This document shows positions 58,429 to 64,000 of a stretch of 64,000 nt of DNA, one piece after another. Both the position numbers and the translations under genes were made by a program. The first letter of the stretch is position 1. Each line of letters opens with the position of its first letter. Below the pieces are notes generated by a model. It was given only the letters and a program-made list of their open reading frames with translations, did not search any database and had not been told where the DNA came from. The stretch comes from Chloroflexota bacterium (lineage in GTDB: Bacteria > Chloroflexota > Anaerolineae > UBA1429), in contig JAAYAW010000047.1 of NCBI GenBank assembly GCA_012719135.1, forward strand, positions 22,282-86,281, read 5' to 3'.

Positions 58429-59220
58429 CTACATCAGCCCGCGGAACTGGCCCCCGTCCATCTGGATCGTGGCGCCGGTGACATAGGCTGCCTGCTGCGA
58501 AGAGAGAAAGGCGATCAGGGCGCCGAGTTCCTCGGGCCGGCCCATCCGGCCGACGGGGATAGAGGCCACCGTTCGCCGCGCCACTTCCTCCACGGCCAGC
58601 CCTTCCGCTCGTGCCGCCGCCTCGTTGAGGGACCGCACGCGATCGGTAAGCATGTATCCCGGACACACATTGTTGACGGTGACGCCCTCGCTCGCCACTT
58701 CATCCGCCAGGGTCCTGGCCATCGCCACCACACCGGAACGTACAGCGTTAGAGAGTATCAAGTTCGGGATCGGCTGCTTGACGGCGATCGACGTGATGTT
58801 GATGATGCGGCCCCAGCCGCGCTCCCGCATACCGGGGAGCACCAGACGCGTCAGCCGGATGGTGCTCAGAAGGTTTAACTCGACGGCGGCCATCCAGTCC
58901 TCATCGGACATCTGGGAGAACACCCCCGGTTTCGGCCCCCCGGCGTTGTTCACCAGGATATCGACCCCTCCATACTCCCGCTGTACGCGAGCCACCAGGG
59001 CCTCGAGATCCTGCGGGCTACGCACGTCCGCCACAACGGGCATCACCGACGCCCCGGTGGAGGCGCCGATCTCCCGGGCCGCAGCGAGCAAGACCTCCTC
59101 CCCGCGTGCCGCGATGGCCACTCGCGCGCCCTCCGCAGCGAGCGCCTCAGCCGCCGCACGCCCAAGGCCCCTGCTGGCAGCTGCCACCAGGGCAACGCGA
59201 TCGCGTATGCCAAGATCCAT
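58429..59220 (-). CDS. SDR-family oxidoreductase.
   Basis: VALVAAASRGLGRAAA (TGxxxGxG-like), NNAG, and S...Y...K-type spacing. I chose the ATG at 59220. Confidence 0.9.
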   Translation of the reverse strand: MDLGIRDRVALVAAASRGLGRAAAEALAAEGARVAIAARGEEVLLAAAREIGASTGASVMPVVADVRSPQDLEALVARVQREYGGVDILVNNAGGPKPGVFSQMSDEDWMAAVELNLLSTIRLTRLVLPGMRERGWGRIINITSIAVKQPIPNLILSNAVRSGVVAMARTLADEVASEGVTVNNVCPGYMLTDRVRSLNEAAARAEGLAVEEVARRTVASIPVGRMGRPEELGALIAFLSSQQAAYVTGATIQMDGGQFRGLM

Positions 59221-59393
59221 GTCTGCCCCTCCTTCGATCGCCCCTCCGGACCGTTTCGCTCCGATTATGGCTCGGCCCAAAGGCGTGTCAACGACGGCCC
59301 TCGAGGCAGACTATCCGTTCACAGGGTACCGTTGACCGCTCGCCGGGGCCAGTGCTATACTGCAGCACTGACGCAGCGAAGAAGGACCGGCAC

Positions 59394-60155
59394 ATGGGCG
59401 AACAACCCGGCAGACATACATCCTTCTATGAGCTTGCAGAGGCGCAGGAGCAGGCCGGATGCCCGATCTGTCGCCTGGCCGAACGCCGGACCGAGCGGTA
59501 CCTGGATTCCCTTTTGTACGAAGCCGTGCTCGATGCGAGCGTACGCGAGCGTCTCACGGCGTCCCACGGCTTTTGCGCGGCGCACGTGGCGCTGCTACGG
59601 CAGCGGCCCGGGAGATCGCTGGGGATTGCACTGATCTACCAGAGCATACTGGCACGCATGACCGAGCTGATTGACGCGGGCGAACTGGTGCGGGGGAGCT
59701 TGCGCGATCGCCTGCGCGGCCGCCGAGCCAGCGGCGCCACGCTGGCGGAGCGCCTTTGCCCTCAGGAACAATGCCCGGCCTGCACCATCCATCGAGAGGC
59801 CGAGGAGAGCTACGCCGGGTTGCTGGCGAGCTGTCTCAATGATGAACGGCTGTATCTGGCTTACGCGGAAGGGGACGGGCTCTGTTTGCCACACCTGGCC
59901 ATGGCATTGGAGCAGGTGCCCGATCCGAAGGCTCTGGAGCGACTGGTTCAGCCCCAGCTGGCCAGATACAGAGCCATGCTATCGGACCTGTCCGAATACA
60001 TACGCAAGTGCGATCACCGTTTTCGCAGCGAGCCCTTTGGGTCAGAAGGGGACGTGTGGCTTCGCGCCATGAACGCCCTCGCCGGCGGAGCCGGAATGGG
60101 TTCCTCCGCCAAACATGGCAGCCGTCGAGCGCAGGACCTCAGCGCTCCTCACTGA
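59394..60155 (+). CDS. Cys-rich protein with two CPxC...(G)xC..H modules (DUF6062-like from memory).
   Basis: CPICRLAERRTERYLDSLLYEAVLD...SHGFCAAHVALL and CPACTIHREAEESYAGLLASCLND...GDGLCLPHLAMAL form an internal duplication. I chose the ATG at 59394. Confidence 0.65.
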   Translation: MGEQPGRHTSFYELAEAQEQAGCPICRLAERRTERYLDSLLYEAVLDASVRERLTASHGFCAAHVALLRQRPGRSLGIALIYQSILARMTELIDAGELVRGSLRDRLRGRRASGATLAERLCPQEQCPACTIHREAEESYAGLLASCLNDERLYLAYAEGDGLCLPHLAMALEQVPDPKALERLVQPQLARYRAMLSDLSEYIRKCDHRFRSEPFGSEGDVWLRAMNALAGGAGMGSSAKHGSRRAQDLSAPH

Positions 60156-60213
60156 GCAAGACCAGCACGGTGATCGTCCCGCGAGTCCTACCTTGTAGCG
60201 GAGGCGTGTCGAC

Positions 60214-60909
60214 TTGGTATCCAGACCGGTATCGTTCACGGATGTGGTGTTGTGTGCTACACAAGGCGTCGATTATGAGATCCGCGTGCGCGAGCCCGGC
60301 AGCGCGGTCGCCATCGTCGTACTCCAGGGCGGAGAGCTCTCTCCCCGGCTCGTGGAGCTGGCCGAGGATATCGCTGGAGACGAGATCAACCTGTATGCCT
60401 TTGTGGCGCGAGAGAACCGCCCGGAGCTGCGCATCTCGCCCCTCGGCGCTCGGGAAGCACGGCTGGACAGCATGCTTTCACGAAGCACAGCGGTGCTGAG
60501 CCTCGTCCGTAGCGCCGGAGGCGAGCCTGCAATCCGCGCGGGAGGGCGCAACGAGCTTTTTCTCCAGGAGCTGAGCCGAGCGCTCGAGATTCGAGGCTAC
60601 GCGGTGCTGCCCTCAAAAGTGCCGGCTATCGGCGCGTCACCTGCATTTTTCTTCAATCGGGCGAGCGACGGCGGTGTCCAGCTCGAACTGAGCGACGCGC
60701 TTTGTGAGGATCTCCATGGCGGTACAGAGTGCGGGGCCAACCGAGAGGCGTTTGTGGAGGCCGTGCGCACCGGGCTCCGGCAGTACGTGGCCGCGGCGCG
60801 CTCGGATCTGGGCCGTACCATGGATCGATTTGAGCGGGCCACGGCACGCTTCCCGGCCGAGATCCGCACCGGCCCGGGAAGGAGAGAGCGCAACGGGGAT
60901 CGCCCCTGA
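60214..60909 (+). CDS. Poly-gamma-glutamate hydrolase (PghP/YjqB, UPF0714)-like protein lacking the zinc-binding histidines.
   Basis: The sequence is co-linear with family motifs: VVLQGGE (family HGGxIE), NLYAF, ELRIS (family LHITS), AVLSLVRS (family xxSxHG), GGRN, FNRASDGGVQLELS (family N..NR...GVQLE). Confidence 0.65.
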   Translation: MVSRPVSFTDVVLCATQGVDYEIRVREPGSAVAIVVLQGGELSPRLVELAEDIAGDEINLYAFVARENRPELRISPLGAREARLDSMLSRSTAVLSLVRSAGGEPAIRAGGRNELFLQELSRALEIRGYAVLPSKVPAIGASPAFFFNRASDGGVQLELSDALCEDLHGGTECGANREAFVEAVRTGLRQYVAAARSDLGRTMDRFERATARFPAEIRTGPGRRERNGDRP

Positions 60910-60975
60910 GCGTATAGGAATCAGCGTGCCGCCACCGGGGCGGGCGCCAGCCAACACCTGAGGAGGATTAGCGCC

Positions 60976-61659
60976 ATGCAGTACCAGATCGTCGGGGGTC
61001 TGTTGCCTTCGGTGGACGTGACCATGCAGGCCGGGGAGTCCGTCTTTACCGAGAGTGGCGGTATGGCCTGGATGATGGGAGACGTCAAGATGGAAACCAG
61101 CACCCGGGGAGGCCTGCTCGCGGGCCTCGGCCGGAAACTGGCCGGGGAATCCCTGTTCATGACCACCTACGCTTGCCAGAGCGGCCAGGCGACGGTGACC
61201 TTTACGCCGGAGGCGCCAGGGACCATCCTGGCCTTTGAGCTGCAGGCGGGCCAGAGCCTGATCTGCCAGAAAGACGCCTTCATGGCGGCCCAGGAGGGCG
61301 TGACGCTGGAGATGCACTTCCGCAAGCGTCTGGGGGCGGGTCTGTTTGGAGGCGAGGGGTTTGTCCTCCAGAAGGTCAGCGGCCCGGGGCTGGTTCTGCT
61401 CGAACTGGCGGGCGACATGCGCCAGTATACGTTGCAGCCAGGGCAAGCCATGCGTGTGGATCCGGGCCATATCGGGCTGTATGACCCGACTGTGGATTAC
61501 GATATCGAATCCGTGAAGGGATTGACGAACGTCCTCTTTAGCGGAGAGGGGCTCTTCCTGGCCACGCTCAAGGGGCCGGGTCGGGTTTGGCTCCAGAGCA
61601 TGCCGCTCTCAAACCTGGCCATGAAGATCAGCCAGTACATACCCAAATCGGGAAGTTAG
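60976..61659 (+). CDS. AIM24 / TIGR00266 family protein.
   Basis: MQYQIVGGLLPSVDVTMQAGESVFTESGGMAWM...GESLFMTTY...GEGFVLQKVSGPGLVLL...GEGLFLATLKGPGRVWLQSMP. Confidence 0.85.
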   Translation: MQYQIVGGLLPSVDVTMQAGESVFTESGGMAWMMGDVKMETSTRGGLLAGLGRKLAGESLFMTTYACQSGQATVTFTPEAPGTILAFELQAGQSLICQKDAFMAAQEGVTLEMHFRKRLGAGLFGGEGFVLQKVSGPGLVLLELAGDMRQYTLQPGQAMRVDPGHIGLYDPTVDYDIESVKGLTNVLFSGEGLFLATLKGPGRVWLQSMPLSNLAMKISQYIPKSGS

Positions 61660-61675
61660 GCTAGCACCAAGAGAA

Positions 61676-61712
61676 GCGCCCGGTGCCACCTCAGTTGGGT
61701 GTCGCCGGGCGT
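61676..61712. terminator. Imperfect hairpin between convergent genes.
   Basis: GCGCCCGG...CCGGGCGT arms with partially paired inner segments, followed by TGCTCT. Confidence 0.3.
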
Positions 61713-61727
61713 TGCTCTATCCCTCGA

Positions 61728-62558
61728 TCAGAGAGCGCCGGAGAGGCCGCGCGCGTACTCGATCCCCTGCCGTTGCTCGAGAGCCTGGTCATAGGCGCGG
61801 TGGGGAGCCTGGTCGGTGAGCTCTAGTTGGAGTGGCCCGGAGTAACGGACGTCACGGAGCGCCTCCATTACCGCGGTCCAGTCGATGTTGCCCCGTCCGG
61901 GGGGCAGATGATCGTCAGCCTGGCCGTGGTTATCGTGCAGATGCAGCGTCAGGAGCCGGGAACCAGCCATACGGATGGCCCGGGGAGCGAGCAGATCACC
62001 AAGATTGGCGTGGCCGGTATCCACACACACTCCCAGCAACGGTTCGGCCATACGCTCAACCAGGCTGAGGATATAGACCCAGTGTGCCAGCGAGCCGCCG
62101 TTCTCCAGCGCCAGCCGGACGTGGCATTTGCGGGCACGGTCGAAGCCAGGCCGAAGCACGGCCAGATCCGCAGCCAGCAGGGCGCCAACATCCGGTAGCT
62201 CTCCAAGCGTCAAGCCCAGTAGCACCGGCGCGTGGACCACCACGACCTGCGCTCCCACGACCTGGCAAATCTGCACCGCGTGCACCAGACTCTGCGCCGC
62301 CTCCTGCGGCGAACGACCCAGAAGAAAGCCGCTGGCTGATTCCGCGTGCACGGACCAGGGCGCCATGCCAAGGCGCCGCGTGTACGCGCCGATCTCGGTA
62401 ACCTCGTCGAGCGTCAGATGGCACAGGTGGGAGAACTCTACGGTCTCGTAGCCCAGTGCGCTGTTGCGCTCTAGCGATCGCCGTAGCTCATCGGGCGTAA
62501 AGTCAGCGGTGGAACCGAGCTCGCCCCCGCCATACAAGGTGTTGCAGCCGATCCTCAT
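61728..62558 (-). CDS. Sugar phosphate isomerase/epimerase (xylose-isomerase-like TIM barrel).
   Basis: GYETVEFS...VVVHAP...LALEN...VDTGHANL...LHLHDN. Confidence 0.85.
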   Translation of the reverse strand: MRIGCNTLYGGGELGSTADFTPDELRRSLERNSALGYETVEFSHLCHLTLDEVTEIGAYTRRLGMAPWSVHAESASGFLLGRSPQEAAQSLVHAVQICQVVGAQVVVVHAPVLLGLTLGELPDVGALLAADLAVLRPGFDRARKCHVRLALENGGSLAHWVYILSLVERMAEPLLGVCVDTGHANLGDLLAPRAIRMAGSRLLTLHLHDNHGQADDHLPPGRGNIDWTAVMEALRDVRYSGPLQLELTDQAPHRAYDQALEQRQGIEYARGLSGAL

Positions 62559-62596
62559 GGGCGCCTACCCTTCCGCACAGGTAAACCGCGGGGCTC

Positions 62597-63331
62597 TCAG
62601 GGGGCGAGCGGGAGCCCCAGAGCCTGAAGAATAGCCACAATCACTGGAGCGACCACCAGAGCGGGCAACAGATTCGCCACGCGGATTCGCTTGATCTCCA
62701 ACAGCATGAGCCCTATGGCCAGAATCAGCACGCCGCCCGTAGCCGTCATCTCGGCGATCATGGCAGGGTTCAGCACCTGCTCGGCGACGCCCGCCAACAG
62801 GGTGATGCCCCCCTGATACAGGAGCAGGGTGAGCATGGAGAACAGCACGCCGATGCCCAGAGTGGAGGCAAAGGCCATGGCGGTAAACCCGTCCAGCACC
62901 GACTTTATCGCGAGCAGAGAGATATCCCCGCTCAGGCCATCGCGAATGGCCCCGAGGATGGTCATGGGCCCTACACAGAACACGAGGCTGGCCGTGACGA
63001 ACCCCTCGGTGAAGCGCCCCATACGCCGCTCACCCACGCGGGCGGCCACACGAGTGCGCAACCACTCGCTCGCCCTGTCCAAGCCGGCAGAGATCCGCCA
63101 CCACTCGCCCAGGATGCCCCCGATGAGCACGCTGACAAGCACGATCAGGGTATTCTGCGTCTCCATGGTGAGGTGCATCCCCACCACCAAGGTCACCAGG
63201 CCGATGCCGTGCATCACAGTCTCACGGATCGGCTGGGGCAGGCGGTCACCCAGCAGGGTGCCCAGCCCGCCCCCCAGCAACACGGATCCGATGTTCAGCA
63301 ACGTGCCGATCAAGTGCGTTGCGCCCCCCAT
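62597..63331 (-). CDS. DUF554-family membrane protein.
   Basis: IGTLLNIGSVLLGGGLGTLLGDRLPQPIRETVMHGIGLVTLVVG resembles YdfK/YqgA-type DUF554 proteins. Confidence 0.8.
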   Translation of the reverse strand: MGGATHLIGTLLNIGSVLLGGGLGTLLGDRLPQPIRETVMHGIGLVTLVVGMHLTMETQNTLIVLVSVLIGGILGEWWRISAGLDRASEWLRTRVAARVGERRMGRFTEGFVTASLVFCVGPMTILGAIRDGLSGDISLLAIKSVLDGFTAMAFASTLGIGVLFSMLTLLLYQGGITLLAGVAEQVLNPAMIAEMTATGGVLILAIGLMLLEIKRIRVANLLPALVVAPVIVAILQALGLPLAP

Positions 63332-63348
63332 CCGAGGATATGCGAAAC

Positions 63349-63870
63349 CTAGCCCTCGAAGAAGGGCCTCTCCAAGTCGTCATAGAACCAGACGCCGTTG
63401 TTTACAAGATACTCGTACGTCTCGTGCAGGTACTGATAGTGAGCATCCTCCGCCTTGGCCAGATGCTCCCACAGGCGGCGCTCTTCCGCGCCCTCCGCCT
63501 TCGTGGCGGCCTCGGCGTAGAGGTTGTATCCCCTCCGCTCGAACTCCATGGCCATTTCCAGAGCCTGCTCGTCCGTAGCACCGGCCGGGATCAGCTTGTT
63601 AGCCTCGCCGGCCTCCGGAAAGATCTCGAGAGGAACCACAGATTCTGCCATGGCAACGGCATCTTCAAGGGAAACCCACGTGCTGCTTCCGACCAGGGCA
63701 GCATATTCACCGCGCAGGATATCGAGATGCCGCCCCTCTTCCTCAACCAGGCCCTCAAACACCTTCTTGCCATCCTCGGACTCGGTCCGAGCGACGGCTT
63801 CGCGGTAGAATCGCTGGCCCCAAAGCTCGGTGCTCATGCCGGTCTTGATGACGTCAAGCGCTGCTGTCAT
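63349..63870 (-). CDS. Ferritin-like / rubrerythrin-family protein.
   Basis: EL.GQRFYREAV...EEEGRHLDIL and ME.ERRGYNLY...AKAEDAHYQYL form paired ExxH-type di-iron helices. Confidence 0.8.
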   Translation of the reverse strand: MTAALDVIKTGMSTELWGQRFYREAVARTESEDGKKVFEGLVEEEGRHLDILRGEYAALVGSSTWVSLEDAVAMAESVVPLEIFPEAGEANKLIPAGATDEQALEMAMEFERRGYNLYAEAATKAEGAEERRLWEHLAKAEDAHYQYLHETYEYLVNNGVWFYDDLERPFFEG

Positions 63871-63911
63871 ATGTCGCTCCTTACTGAATGTGATCGATTC
63901 CCCTAAAGGGC

Positions 63912-64000
63912 TCAGGCCCACGTGGCTCGCTGGTTGATTGCTTCGTAGTTGCTCATCAACAGGTTAAAGTGCGTCTGCTCCGCCTCGGCCAGCCAGCGAA
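63912..64000 (-). CDS. C-terminal fragment of a second ferritin-like protein (the gene runs off the right edge).
   Basis: Own translation: ...RWLAEAEQTHFNLLMSNYEAINQRATWA-stop. It is paralogous to HLAKAEDAHYQYLHETYEYLVNNG of the neighbouring gene. Confidence 0.5.
   Translation of the reverse strand, partial: RWLAEAEQTHFNLLMSNYEAINQRATWA

Overview
GC-rich, gene-dense chromosomal segment. I support about 55 protein-coding genes on both strands. Many are joined by 4-nt start/stop overlaps (ATGA or GTGA), which indicates operons. I recognised no rRNA, tRNA, CRISPR array, transposase, integrase or prophage genes. The gene content (archaeal-type WtpA, split transketolase, ECF importer, Sec-type Rhs protein) suggests a Chloroflexota-like or similar high-GC bacterium, but I cannot determine taxonomy from here.

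Gene content from left to right:
- A tandem ABC exporter pair (one chain has a degenerate ATP site), then an MFS transporter.
- A Mo/W-themed cluster: a CinA/MoCF-domain protein, a lipoprotein with three sulfite-oxidase-fold-like repeats, and wtpA-wtpB.
- A UvrA paralogue.
- A signalling operon: a multi-GAF histidine kinase, a CheY-like receiver and a receiver-PP2C phosphatase.
- A homodimer-type ABC exporter and a DUF3788 protein.
- A sugar operon: split transketolase, fucose-isomerase-family protein and FGGY kinase.
- Flavodoxin-like protein, MscS channel, YihY, PdxA, Fe-S aldo/keto reductase, YbaK.
- A PHP/CehA-type hydrolase, an APH-like kinase and a metallophosphoesterase.
- A TetR regulator with an NAD-dependent epimerase.
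- An approximately 8.3-kb unit that joins an Fe(III)-type ABC importer to a lipoprotein / Rhs (YD-repeat) toxin / lipoprotein module.
- An ECF importer (S-A1-A2-T), YabN/MazG divergent from Rel, a parvulin PPIase, rpsF-rpsR, TldD/PmbA and an SDR oxidoreductase.
- A trio of poorly characterised genes: a double CxxC protein, a His-less PghP-like protein and an AIM24 protein.
- A sugar-phosphate isomerase, a DUF554 protein and tandem ferritin-like genes.

The most interesting locus is the Sec-signal Rhs protein at 38725-42834. Its 165-aa C-terminal tip is a glycine-zipper, membrane-type domain. The next gene is a translationally coupled exported lipoprotein, and no T6SS or T7SS genes occur in the window.

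Limits: all family calls come from reading the translations and recalling family motifs, with no database search. Start codons were refined by hand counting, and GC content and repeats were not computed.
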